A DNA stretch of 64,000 bases, taken from positions 10,158 to 74,157 of the forward strand of contig CAMYZH010000002.1 in the NCBI GenBank assembly GCA_947303785.1, given 5' to 3'. This DNA comes from an uncultured Clostridium sp. GTDB lineage: Bacteria > Bacillota > Clostridia > TANB77 > CAG-508. Of the stretch, positions 40,601-49,533 are shown in pieces. The position numbers and the translations under genes are program-made. Under the pieces are notes generated by a model, which saw nothing but the letters and a program-made list of their open reading frames with translations, did not search any database and was not told where the DNA came from. The stretch's first letter is position 1. Every line of letters starts with the position of its first letter.

Positions 40601-43074
40601 CATTCATCTTTATTATTGTATATTGTCGCATCTTCATTATAGTAATTTAATTTTATTTTTTCTCTTTTTGATGCTGTATACATATCAGCTTTCATACTAG
40701 TCTTTAACTTTATTGTTGTTCCATTATTTGAATCACCCATTGTATATTTGGTTTGAACTCCAGATAGTGAAACTCTTAATACTACATTTCCTTCATTATT
40801 TGTTAATGTTTCAACATTAGCAATATCTAGTTCGTCATTTCCATATAGTAAATTAATATCTTTTAATGATACTTCTTTTATTTGTCTTGGAAATACAAGT
40901 TCAAATACTGGATTTTTATACATATCAGATCCATCAGTAGCATTATTTAATGAAATACTAATCTCAACATCTTCATTTTCAACTAGTGTACTTACATCAT
41001 TTCTATTTAATGAAACTGTTGCATTTGTTGTTGTTTCAACTAGGTTTGTAAATACTTCTTTTCCACCCATTTCTGAAACAATACCTTCTTCAAGTTCTGC
41101 ATATCCTTCAAACATTTCTCCAATTGCTTGAAATGCTGTAAGGTCAATTTTCTCATAGTAAATATTTGTTATAGCCTTTGTTGTAACTACATTTAGGAAT
41201 CCTTCTCCAGAAGGATTATTTATTCTCATTGATATCTTGCCAATTTTGTTCTCCCCAAAACTAATTGTAATATATCCATCACCATCATCTGGTGTATCTT
41301 TATTAATTTTTACTATTGATGTTCCATCTTCTAGTAATAATTCAAAATCTCCTTCTTCACCTATTATTGAATCTAAGTTTTGTTTGTTTAATCTGATTTT
41401 TTCATAATAAGTGTTTTCTCCTAAATCTGTTGATGTTGGGAACCCATTGTTATTTGCATCTACGAAATATTCTGTTCCCTCGTTTATTTGAATTGCATTT
41501 ACTAAATCAACTCTTGAAACATTTATATCAAATGCATTTTCATATTCTATTAAATATTCTGGCTCTTGTGCATTTGCATTTGCATATAAATATCCTTTAC
41601 TAAATTCAGTTGTTCTTCTTGTTACATCATAAGTAACTATATTTGAATTTGCTTGAGATAAATCATATTCTTTTTCTATTAAATTAGAGATTTCTTTTTC
41701 TTCTTTACTTGTAAATACTTTTACAGTTGTGTTTACTGTAGAGTTTAAAACTAGGTTTTCAATTCCTGCAGAGTCTTCATATACATATGAAATGATATAT
41801 TCATCTCTACCTGTAGGTAATTGATATCTTCCATTTTGCTGACTATTATTTACATTAATAGTAACAACTCCATTTTCATAAGACCAATTTTCTACTGTAA
41901 ATACTACATCTCCATTTAGAAGTCCATTTGTAAATCCAGTACTTGTTGCTGAAACTCTTACATCTTTAATTTCAGATCCTTCAACTTCTGGAATTTGAAC
42001 TTCTAGTTTTGTATCTTTAATTGGTAATTGTGGTTTGTTTTCTGAGTCAACTGTTACTTTCAATTGTATTAATGTTTCATTTCTTTCATCTTTTATATAA
42101 GGAATGAATTTTTCAATAGTAGAACCCACAACTAAATTAATATCGTTTTGTATTTCATAAACTGGTTTTACTGATTTCGTAATAATAGATTCATTACCTT
42201 CTTCATCAACATATGTTCCAATTAAACTAAGTTCAACACCTTCTTGAAGTTTATTTACATTTACACTTTCTTCTGATTTTAGTTTTATTGGTATATAAAC
42301 TAAAACTTCTGTACCACCATTAATTTGTTTTAACTTAATTTTTCCATTTTCAATTGATTGTACATATTCACCAAGTGATACATCTTCACGAAGATCAAAT
42401 ATTTGATTTTCAAGATCTTTTACATCAATCTTTACATTTTTCAAATATCCTTTAGTTTTAACTCCTAAGCGAATTTCAATTGCTGGTCCTTCAACTAATT
42501 GTGTTTCTTCACTTTCTTCAGACTCTTCACTTTCTTCAGATTCTTCGCTTTCTTCAGATTCTTCGCTTTCTTCAGATTCTTCGCTTTCTTCAGACTCTTC
42601 GCTTTCTTCTGATTCTTCGCTTTCTTCTGACTCTTCGCTTTCCTCAGATTCTTCGCTTTCTTCTGATTCTTCGCTTTCTTCTGATTCTTCGCTTTTCTCT
42701 GATTCTTCACTTTCTTCTGATTCTTCGCTTTCTTCTGATTCTTCGCTTTCTGTTATTTCTTGTCGTGTACTTGAAGTTTCGAATGTTTCCTCAATTGTCA
42801 CAAGTGAATTTTCATTTTCACTTGAATTCTCTGTTAATTGCTCTTCTTCAATCTGCGTTTCCTCGGTTGTTGTTTCTTCTGTTTCTTCTGTTTCCTCTTC
42901 TTCATCAGTTCGTGTAATCATTACAAACTGTGCTGCATATGTGATAGTATCATCTGAACTATCTGCAGCAAGTGCAACTAACCCTGAGAAAAGAGTTCCA
43001 CAGTTGCTAAAAGCAATCATGAAAACAATCAAACTTGCAATAAGTTTTTTCTTGAAATCTCTTGTCCTTTGCAT
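37651..43074 (-). CDS. Class A surface protein, locus 1 (1807 aa): DUF11-type repeats, an SdrD B-like module, and a C-terminal TM anchor
   Basis: Signal peptide. (SEE)n acidic repeat. DUF11-like VGGQRIKYTVRVTNEGRSISTNTVINSIIPAGTTYVENG. SdrD-B-like GTAYSDLNNNGRFDEDELGMVNIVAKL..NNNGEYLFDNINPGEYYVKFEY. C-terminus DIDSTPGN..EDDMSRADIIIGIQTGG + TM + KLQIDKRNK. RBS GGAGG. Confidence 0.85.
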   Translation of the reverse strand: MQRTRDFKKKLIASLIVFMIAFSNCGTLFSGLVALAADSSDDTITYAAQFVMITRTDEEEETEETEETTTEETQIEEEQLTENSSENENSLVTIEETFETSSTRQEITESEESEESEESEESEESEKSEESEESEESEESEESEESEESEESEESEESEESEESEESEESEESEESEESEESEESEESEETQLVEGPAIEIRLGVKTKGYLKNVKIDVKDLENQIFDLREDVSLGEYVQSIENGKIKLKQINGGTEVLVYIPIKLKSEESVNVNKLQEGVELSLIGTYVDEEGNESIITKSVKPVYEIQNDINLVVGSTIEKFIPYIKDERNETLIQLKVTVDSENKPQLPIKDTKLEVQIPEVEGSEIKDVRVSATSTGFTNGLLNGDVVFTVENWSYENGVVTINVNNSQQNGRYQLPTGRDEYIISYVYEDSAGIENLVLNSTVNTTVKVFTSKEEKEISNLIEKEYDLSQANSNIVTYDVTRRTTEFSKGYLYANANAQEPEYLIEYENAFDINVSRVDLVNAIQINEGTEYFVDANNNGFPTSTDLGENTYYEKIRLNKQNLDSIIGEEGDFELLLEDGTSIVKINKDTPDDGDGYITISFGENKIGKISMRINNPSGEGFLNVVTTKAITNIYYEKIDLTAFQAIGEMFEGYAELEEGIVSEMGGKEVFTNLVETTTNATVSLNRNDVSTLVENEDVEISISLNNATDGSDMYKNPVFELVFPRQIKEVSLKDINLLYGNDELDIANVETLTNNEGNVVLRVSLSGVQTKYTMGDSNNGTTIKLKTSMKADMYTASKREKIKLNYYNEDATIYNNKDEWKMMANPSSYMLSVDQGTAEADLNIVAPEGFVNAQMISEYKDGKNLISVDQGRKEDTIETFANARIAEMKMIVINNTNTNMNNVHILGRTIFSGNKSIISGEDLGTNQTAPMIENITVDNGNFTQTVYYSENGEATDDLNNSENGWTEDPENLENIKSYLIVINENVNVGDILTYSYKFMIPERLTNNIDISGTFGTYYNEENVKKQVEADKVVLTTGDAPVLKVETVSDTDQQAVVGGQRIKYTVRVTNEGRSISTNTVINSIIPAGTTYVENGILRPDVTELKIEMGDIRPGRTEEVTFEVEVNKDLSTDNVIETANNVDADGLEEPIYTAIPDTVVDKAELEVTISNELIEGRAIKQGRGVWYTINILNLQNVEIKDCTVRLVLPEGLDYEDGYVIGSSEDGLSEVSAGQADYNQSSRVVTWHVDSIDIGTSLKLKTRTANISENEKDIVLYATVTSPNLKREYVSAEIRNKVAKPVIEYSYKSNINNQFIKEGDSIEYILDLKNTGLIGVENINIQSMVPQNFKVVGANVIKNSSSTSAIPQNNVDLNVTLDSNEEARVILECVANNLDDINDNIVTQNSWTIAASGMDTVRTAAVQNIIQQNYELTNNNNVIKDDQNKNVAVSNNPIQNFDATGITINEKEDTKELTNVSTYKVLGTAYSDLNNNGRFDEDELGMVNIVAKLCDAKTQKMVAHTVTNNNGEYLFDNINPGEYYVKFEYDSTKYALSEYQKQGVESDRNSDAVISNYKAVTDKIVVKDTSISDIDIGLVRAGIFDVDLDVNVNVITVQDDKETKTYEMENSKLAKVDINPQTVDSSKVYVEYTIDVTNRGEIAGYVRNIVDYIPEGLTFDGSLNKNWYIASDGNLYNNELSETLIEPGEVKTIKLVLTKQMNENSTGLISNTFEIAKTYNEYAISDIDSTPGNQAEGEDDMSRADIIIGIQTGGSLINVMIISTTLITLLIALYVVKLQIDKRNKEVIV
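42508..42752 (-). repeat. Coding 9-nt tandem repeat encoding about 27 copies of SEE
   Basis: ttcttcgct/ttcttcaga units on the plus strand. The protein reads SEESEESEESEE... Confidence 0.9.
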
Positions 43075-43120
43075 AATTTACCTCCACAAATATTTGCATA
43101 ATTTATCTTTCATGTTTTTT

Positions 43121-43148
43121 ATTTTAAAGAGTTTTAAAATTCTGTCAA
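43121..43148 (-). promoter_or_regulatory. Sigma-A promoter of locus 1
   Basis: The minus strand reads ATTGACAG-AATTTTAAAACTCTT-TAAAAT (TTGACA-N16-TAAAAT), about 45 nt before the ATG. It is almost identical to the locus 2 promoter. Confidence 0.65.
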
Positions 43149-43369
43149 TTACAAAAAGTTATATTTTCCTTTATTTTTATTTTTTAAAATATCTCTTACA
43201 TTACGGAAAATACTTAAAAAATACTTATTTTACAATTTGATTAAATTTTTTGTAGAAAAAAGGCGAAAGAGCGTTAAAGTATACATAACTCTGCTTTGTT
43301 TAGTTGGCTTTGTGACAACTTGCATCTTTTTTGTGCCTATATTTCGGCACTTTCCTGTTACAATCAAAA

Positions 43370-43393
43370 AAGAGCAACTTTTACATTGCTCTT
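43370..43393 (-). terminator. Terminator of locus 2
   Basis: AAGAGCAA-8 nt-TTGCTCTT, flanked by A-runs and T-runs on both sides (bidirectional form), 21 nt after the stop at 43414. Confidence 0.8.
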
Positions 43394-43413
43394 TTTTGAT
43401 TTTTTAAATTCTC

Positions 43414-46400
43414 TTATAATATGTTATCATTTTTACTTAATTTAAGCTGTTTTATTCCAAATAAACTTAGTAATCCAATCATTGAAATTGTTAATATTGT
43501 AATTGGTAACACATAAGTTCTTAAATACTGTCTCATTGGAAGTCCATTTGGTGGTATTGATGAAATCAATTCAGGTGCATAAGCATCATCTTCAGGTTCT
43601 TTCCAGTCTGGGTCATATGTTTTGTTTTCATCGTAACTATTGTAACCTGCAAGCCACATGCCATCCCTTGTAGCAATTTTCATAGCATTTCCTGGTACAG
43701 AAGTTGTATCTCTTCTACCTACTGTATTTGAATATACTAAAACTTCAACCAAATTATCGAAGTTTAGCTGATTTGCATCAGAATCAGAAGATGTTTGTTT
43801 AGTAACTGTAATATACATTTCCGCTTCTTTTTCTCCTTCTTGCATTCCACCATTATCTTTATATTTTTCTGGAACAAGCTTTCTTGTTAAACTTGGGTTA
43901 TATAAACTTATAACATCTTTTACTGTTTCATCTAATGGACCATTTTCCCCATTTTTACCAGCATACTCTCTTCTTCCTGTTTCAGAATAATCTTTATCTA
44001 GGTAAGTGATAGGTCCTTCATAATTAATTCTATATTGTTTTAATTTATCTAATCTCTCATTATAGCTTAGCGCTATATTTGATTTGTCTTTAGTAATGAA
44101 AGATCTATCTTTGTCATCATAAATATTCAATATTCCATCTACTAATCTATATACACCACTTTCACCACCAGCATCATCTTTTGATATGATACCTACAAAT
44201 GATTTGAATAATCCATTGTCATCAATTCTAATTGGCTCTCTATCATCTGCTCTTTCAATTTCAGTTGACCATGTTCCATCTATGCTATTACTATCTTCTG
44301 CAAAAGATGCATCAACATCAACATAATCAACTAATTGATCAACTGTGGTTTTAACAATTTTATCTCCTGAGTATGTTACAGAAATATCTTCAAGTGATGT
44401 ATCTCTTCCATGTCCTGTATAATTTGAAATAGTGTATATTCTATCCTCTTCATCTATTCTATTTTGATAATAATATCTACCAGTATATTTACCATAAATG
44501 ATTACCTGTGGTCTTATTGTATCTGTATCTCTTATTGATGCATTATCTGCAGTTATTAATGCCTCTAATCCAGAATCACTGTATGCTAATATTTCTGCCA
44601 AAGTAGAATTTGATGAAAGTCCAAGTGCAATATTTTCATCATCTGCAAGCCATGCAATTAAGCTTTGCGCTGATTCATATGTTGGCGTTTGATTTGCTCT
44701 CTTGATAATGTCTCTTGCTACATAGAAATTTGATAATTTCCCTGTAAAGTCAACATCAGATTTGTTAAATGCTTTTATCTTATATCTCATATATATCTCT
44801 AATCCATTTAAGAATTCATTTTCAACAGTTATAGAATAAAATCCTTGTTGATATAATCCTTCATTTGGTTTAGTAGCTTCTACATGAGGGATATACGATA
44901 CTTTCGATAAATTCGTAGTGTCTGGAGCATTTACTATAATTGTTCCATCATCTTGCATTGTTGCAGAGAATATTAATTGCTCATCTTTGAACATCATAAT
45001 TCTATTTATATACTCTTCAAGTATAATATTAGTTTTAGCTCTTTCCTCTAAACCAAAGTTAATATTTGTAATTGAATACTCATAATTTCTAAATCCAAAT
45101 TCTAAAGCTCTAAATTTTTCAAAATAATCTGGCTCACCATTTTCAGATTTTTCTATTTGTTTAGGGTCTAAAACTTCAACTTGAATTATAGGTGTTTCAG
45201 CATGCATTAATGTAGCTTCCATAAATTCATCAGTTTCTCTATTTTTTAATTCTTCGCCTCTTTCGTTTTCAATAGTTCTTGAATAACTATCTACCACCAT
45301 TCTTCTTGATTCATTATCCCTTGCAACAGAATAATCATTTGCAAGATCTAGCTCTTCACCTGTAACATCAAGATATTTTTTATTTAAGTAAGTAATATCA
45401 TCAACAATAAATGCTGTATTCTCATAATCTTGTCCATTATATTTGTATACATCTTCATCATCTTTATATTTGCCATAATCGAATCTTACAATATAATCTC
45501 CAGCCAAAAATCCTTCTAAATAATAATCTCCATTTGAGCCTGTTCTAAGTGATCCCTCATAAAATTCTTCTGGAACTTTATAATAATAATCAAATGCATC
45601 ATAAGCTGTATTGTATTCATTAGAACCATTTTCATCTTTACCAACACTACCTAGGTTTATTACTTCATATAATGAAACTTCAATATCTGGAATACCTTTA
45701 TCATTTTCGCCAAGTTTACCATCACCAGTTAATATTTCATACTGCCCTTTTTCAACATTTTTTTCATCTTCGAAAACCTTTCCGCTTATAGATCTTTTTA
45801 CTGTTTCAATTTTGACTTCTAATGGAACAGCACTAAATGTATCATCTTCATATAATGACTCATCTCTTAAGTTTCCAACAAAGATATTATTTGGAGCAGA
45901 GTCTTGCTCAACTCTACCTGATACATGTGGTATTTCGTATCCTGTATAGAAAAATGCTCTATCATAGTTAGAATAATATGTTGAGTAATTTGCGATTTCA
46001 GCGATATTGTATTTATCTTCAAGTAAATTTTCTCTAGCGCTTAAACCATCTGCATCTCTATTTTGCATTTCTTCATATCCTTCTTTATCTATCTCAAATG
46101 TAGTAAAGATTTCGATATATTCATTTCTTTGAAGTTTAATATTGGTAAATGATGAAGTTGTTAATGTATGCATTCCATTTACATCTCCACCTTTTACCCA
46201 TGCAACTTCACCTGTCATTGGCCTATTTAATCCACTAAGATCTGCTGGGGCAGCTTCCATATTTTTCTCTTTTGTCTCTTTCCATACATTATTTTCTGGA
46301 CCATCTTTAGTGTTCATAATTCTATAATATGATGAATCTACTATTTTTTCAGAATTACGATGTAGTTTTTCATCTACTATTGGTGTATATAAATCTTTAT

Positions 46401-49400
46401 CAATATATGTAAATGTTCCATCATAATAGTCATTTAACTCATTTAATTCAACATCATTCTTTTCTGAGTTATTATAAATTCTTATAGCATATGTTGCAAA
46501 AATTCTAAGCTCTGTTCCCTCTTTAATATTAAAAATTTCATCTACTGCTTCATGATATCTTTGATATGATTGATATGTAATATCACTTTCATATAATCCT
46601 AATGTATATTTATCACCTTTCTTTTCCAATAGTAAATTTGCCACTGCATTATAGTCTGATGATTCTATATCTTTTAAATATGAATAAGGCTGAATTATTT
46701 TTTGTTCATTTACAACAAATGTTACTCCATATAAGTCTTTTAATAAACTCATATCTGTTTTTGGTCTTTCTTCTAAGCCTAAATTTATATGTAACATATA
46801 TTCACCAATAACATGTTTTCCACCTATTCGAACCTTGTTAGTATCTACATATCTATTTAATATCCATTTTCTATCACCTAAGCCAGCATCTTTTCTAACT
46901 GGTAATTCAATTTGATAGTTTTCTACACCTTTTGAATAATCTCCAACATTTGTAGCAAATGTTGTTGCCTTCATACTAAATTGTACATCATATTCTGTTT
47001 CATTTACTGGTCTATTTTGATCAACAATTTTGTGGTTAAATGGAGTATCTACTACTGATACAACTAAATTTCCTCCTTCTTCAGCACTTGAATCTTCATT
47101 ATATATAAGTGTTTTTGAGGAACCAGTTCCACCTTTTCCTTCAGCATCTGTAAATACAGTATATCCTTCTGTTCTACCTCCATTAATGCTTTGATCTCCT
47201 GTGATTTCTCCAAAAGTTTGGTCAAAGTGTAATCTTTCATCATAATTTTCAACCGCCATTGAAGTATCTTTATATTTAAAGTTTGGTTCATTTTCTTCAA
47301 CTGCTTGATAATATTCATCTCTTCCTGTTTCTGTAACTGTTCTCCATACATGTTCTTCATCTTCAATTTCATTGTAGGTTTCTGCTTCTATTTCTGATGG
47401 ATTTCCTAAATATAGTGTGTGTTTATATACTTGTCCATCATATTGGAATTCTACAACATAGAAACATTCTTTATCATTGTTTGTAGCTGGTGGTGCTAAT
47501 CTTTTAAATTCATAATATCCGCTTGCATCAACTACATATGGCCACTGTATTCTATTTCCATTATCATCATGTATGATAGCATCTTGAATGTATTCTGTTC
47601 CTTTGTATAGTTTTACTGTAATTAATACACTTTTCATTCCGGCTTCTGCTGGATGATCGTCACTTCTTTCATAATATCCATTTATGCTTTGATTGTCTTT
47701 TTGTGGTGTTACTTCTTTCCATACGTCTCCTGCCATTGTTGTTGTTAAATCTATTTCCCACGAGAATGGAACTATTACATCTCCATGGCTTGTAATTCCT
47801 GTTCCACTTGCACCTTGACTACTTGAACTGCTACCGCTTGAGTCTCCTCCGCTTGAACCTCCACTTCCTGATCCATCATCTCCTGATTGATCTCCTCCTG
47901 TGTCGCCTCCTTCTGTTTCGGTATGTGTAACTATTTCTTCACCATATAATGAACCTTGATATTTTCTTTGTGCATAGTGTATAAATGCAGGATCCTGACA
48001 AGGTACTAACTTTACAGCTCTTGCTTCCCAGTGCAAATCTGCTCTAGTATGATAAGTGTGTGGTTCTGAATTCTCTGACTTATATGTATTGCTATGATGA
48101 TGTTCTTCCTGATTTGTACAAGTTTCTTTATTCACAGTAACCCATGATCTCCATTGTACTTTTTGAACCAAAGCTGTGTATATATCAAAACTACAATTTG
48201 CATCTAAATATCTAAAATAAAATTCAATTCCTTTAATTGCATTTAGCCCTTCCTCATAATTAAACTCTATATAGAAATTCTCTTTTGTATGAGGTAATAA
48301 ATTTCTATATCTTGCTGGAACACCTGATTCATTTCTATTTCCATTATATGTAATAGTAAATTTTCTTTTATTATTTCCTAAAGAATTTTTATCTGTAAAT
48401 ACATATGTTCTCTCAACATTATCAACACTTACCCTTAGTTTTGGAAGAGCTGACATACCACAAAGCATTGCTCCATTTGAATTTGTATATTTTTCTAAAT
48501 AATTTAATCTAAAAGGCCCAACTCTATATCTATTTGTTGATGCATCAAATTCAACTTCAACTTGACTAAAATCAGTATCATCATATACTGTTTTATTTTT
48601 TCCGTATCCACCTTTCATGTCTATTATCTTCCACATTCCTGCAAAAGTTAAAGCTTCTTGCCATAAACCAGTAGCATGCTCTGTCCTTGTTGCTGAAGTT
48701 TCCGGTGACTCATTATTGTTTTCCTCTAATTCCTCTAATTCCATAAATCCATCCGGATGCTCTTTAAATAAAGGATCTTGATAATTCCCATCATTATAAT
48801 CTATATCTCCTAAGGTCGTTGATAAATGTTTATATGCATTATAATTGCCTTCAACATTCCAAAAAGCTTGGTTTACATATGATTTACTTGGTGTTACTCC
48901 TGCCTCATAACTACATTCAGATAAAATATATGATGCAGCTGCAAGTTTACCTGCAAATCCTAATCCAAAATGTCCTCTATATGATTCTCTCAAATCATAA
49001 AATGTTATACCTGTTGAATAGACATATGATGTATTACTGTTAGTAGTAATTGTTTGATATCTTGTCATTAAAGTTGGTATGTTTCTATCATATTGCATTG
49101 AACATTGCTCAACATTCATATTAATTCTGTACGATACTGCTTGAGTTTTATCTCCTTTCCATACAGACTTAAATGTACCACTTTGAGAAGCTTTATCACC
49201 TATTCTATTATTTCGAAAAATATCCCTATTTAATGTTGCTAATTTAGTATCAATCCCCTTTCCATACACTGTACCTGAAAACTTAACCGTTGGCTCTTTA
49301 TAGTTAAGCATTGGAGTATCATATTTTGCGCAAAGCCAATCACTGCGCATAAATCCTGTATCTAGCCATTGATCTTTATCTGGATGATGCGATTCGTCTC

Positions 49401-49533
49401 CAGAAAAGCTAATATCTATTGGAACACCCCTACCTGTATTTTCAGCTCCAACAGTTTTAGTTATCAAAGAAAATAATACTATAAAGGAAATAGTTATAAT
49501 AATAAAAACTATAAAATCAATAATCTTTTTCAT
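43414..49533 (-). CDS. Class B giant surface protein, locus 2 (2039 aa, unsplit): signal peptide, thioester-domain-like N-module, G/S/D linker, SdrD-B-like modules, C-terminal TM anchor
   Basis: MKKIIDFIVFIIITISFIVLFSLITKTVGA signal. Cys68 (DWLCAKYD) and Gln222 (YVNQAFW). Paralogy blocks are listed under 28792..35928. The start codon overlaps the class A stop (TAATG), with GGAGG 8 nt upstream. Confidence 0.9.
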   Translation of the reverse strand: MKKIIDFIVFIIITISFIVLFSLITKTVGAENTGRGVPIDISFSGDESHHPDKDQWLDTGFMRSDWLCAKYDTPMLNYKEPTVKFSGTVYGKGIDTKLATLNRDIFRNNRIGDKASQSGTFKSVWKGDKTQAVSYRINMNVEQCSMQYDRNIPTLMTRYQTITTNSNTSYVYSTGITFYDLRESYRGHFGLGFAGKLAAASYILSECSYEAGVTPSKSYVNQAFWNVEGNYNAYKHLSTTLGDIDYNDGNYQDPLFKEHPDGFMELEELEENNNESPETSATRTEHATGLWQEALTFAGMWKIIDMKGGYGKNKTVYDDTDFSQVEVEFDASTNRYRVGPFRLNYLEKYTNSNGAMLCGMSALPKLRVSVDNVERTYVFTDKNSLGNNKRKFTITYNGNRNESGVPARYRNLLPHTKENFYIEFNYEEGLNAIKGIEFYFRYLDANCSFDIYTALVQKVQWRSWVTVNKETCTNQEEHHHSNTYKSENSEPHTYHTRADLHWEARAVKLVPCQDPAFIHYAQRKYQGSLYGEEIVTHTETEGGDTGGDQSGDDGSGSGGSSGGDSSGSSSSSQGASGTGITSHGDVIVPFSWEIDLTTTMAGDVWKEVTPQKDNQSINGYYERSDDHPAEAGMKSVLITVKLYKGTEYIQDAIIHDDNGNRIQWPYVVDASGYYEFKRLAPPATNNDKECFYVVEFQYDGQVYKHTLYLGNPSEIEAETYNEIEDEEHVWRTVTETGRDEYYQAVEENEPNFKYKDTSMAVENYDERLHFDQTFGEITGDQSINGGRTEGYTVFTDAEGKGGTGSSKTLIYNEDSSAEEGGNLVVSVVDTPFNHKIVDQNRPVNETEYDVQFSMKATTFATNVGDYSKGVENYQIELPVRKDAGLGDRKWILNRYVDTNKVRIGGKHVIGEYMLHINLGLEERPKTDMSLLKDLYGVTFVVNEQKIIQPYSYLKDIESSDYNAVANLLLEKKGDKYTLGLYESDITYQSYQRYHEAVDEIFNIKEGTELRIFATYAIRIYNNSEKNDVELNELNDYYDGTFTYIDKDLYTPIVDEKLHRNSEKIVDSSYYRIMNTKDGPENNVWKETKEKNMEAAPADLSGLNRPMTGEVAWVKGGDVNGMHTLTTSSFTNIKLQRNEYIEIFTTFEIDKEGYEEMQNRDADGLSARENLLEDKYNIAEIANYSTYYSNYDRAFFYTGYEIPHVSGRVEQDSAPNNIFVGNLRDESLYEDDTFSAVPLEVKIETVKRSISGKVFEDEKNVEKGQYEILTGDGKLGENDKGIPDIEVSLYEVINLGSVGKDENGSNEYNTAYDAFDYYYKVPEEFYEGSLRTGSNGDYYLEGFLAGDYIVRFDYGKYKDDEDVYKYNGQDYENTAFIVDDITYLNKKYLDVTGEELDLANDYSVARDNESRRMVVDSYSRTIENERGEELKNRETDEFMEATLMHAETPIIQVEVLDPKQIEKSENGEPDYFEKFRALEFGFRNYEYSITNINFGLEERAKTNIILEEYINRIMMFKDEQLIFSATMQDDGTIIVNAPDTTNLSKVSYIPHVEATKPNEGLYQQGFYSITVENEFLNGLEIYMRYKIKAFNKSDVDFTGKLSNFYVARDIIKRANQTPTYESAQSLIAWLADDENIALGLSSNSTLAEILAYSDSGLEALITADNASIRDTDTIRPQVIIYGKYTGRYYYQNRIDEEDRIYTISNYTGHGRDTSLEDISVTYSGDKIVKTTVDQLVDYVDVDASFAEDSNSIDGTWSTEIERADDREPIRIDDNGLFKSFVGIISKDDAGGESGVYRLVDGILNIYDDKDRSFITKDKSNIALSYNERLDKLKQYRINYEGPITYLDKDYSETGRREYAGKNGENGPLDETVKDVISLYNPSLTRKLVPEKYKDNGGMQEGEKEAEMYITVTKQTSSDSDANQLNFDNLVEVLVYSNTVGRRDTTSVPGNAMKIATRDGMWLAGYNSYDENKTYDPDWKEPEDDAYAPELISSIPPNGLPMRQYLRTYVLPITILTISMIGLLSLFGIKQLKLSKNDNIL

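Noticed and set aside
20395-42752. Possibility that the regular short repeats are CRISPR arrays
   Set aside because: The units are 6-12 nt, contiguous with no spacers, in frame within proteins, and no cas genes are present.
42480-42917. ORFs 42480..42917(+) and 42495..42710(-) over the SEE repeat, and 34613..34864(+) over the GS repeat
   Set aside because: These are repeat-shadow ORFs in low-complexity coding repeats, with no RBS and no independent signal.
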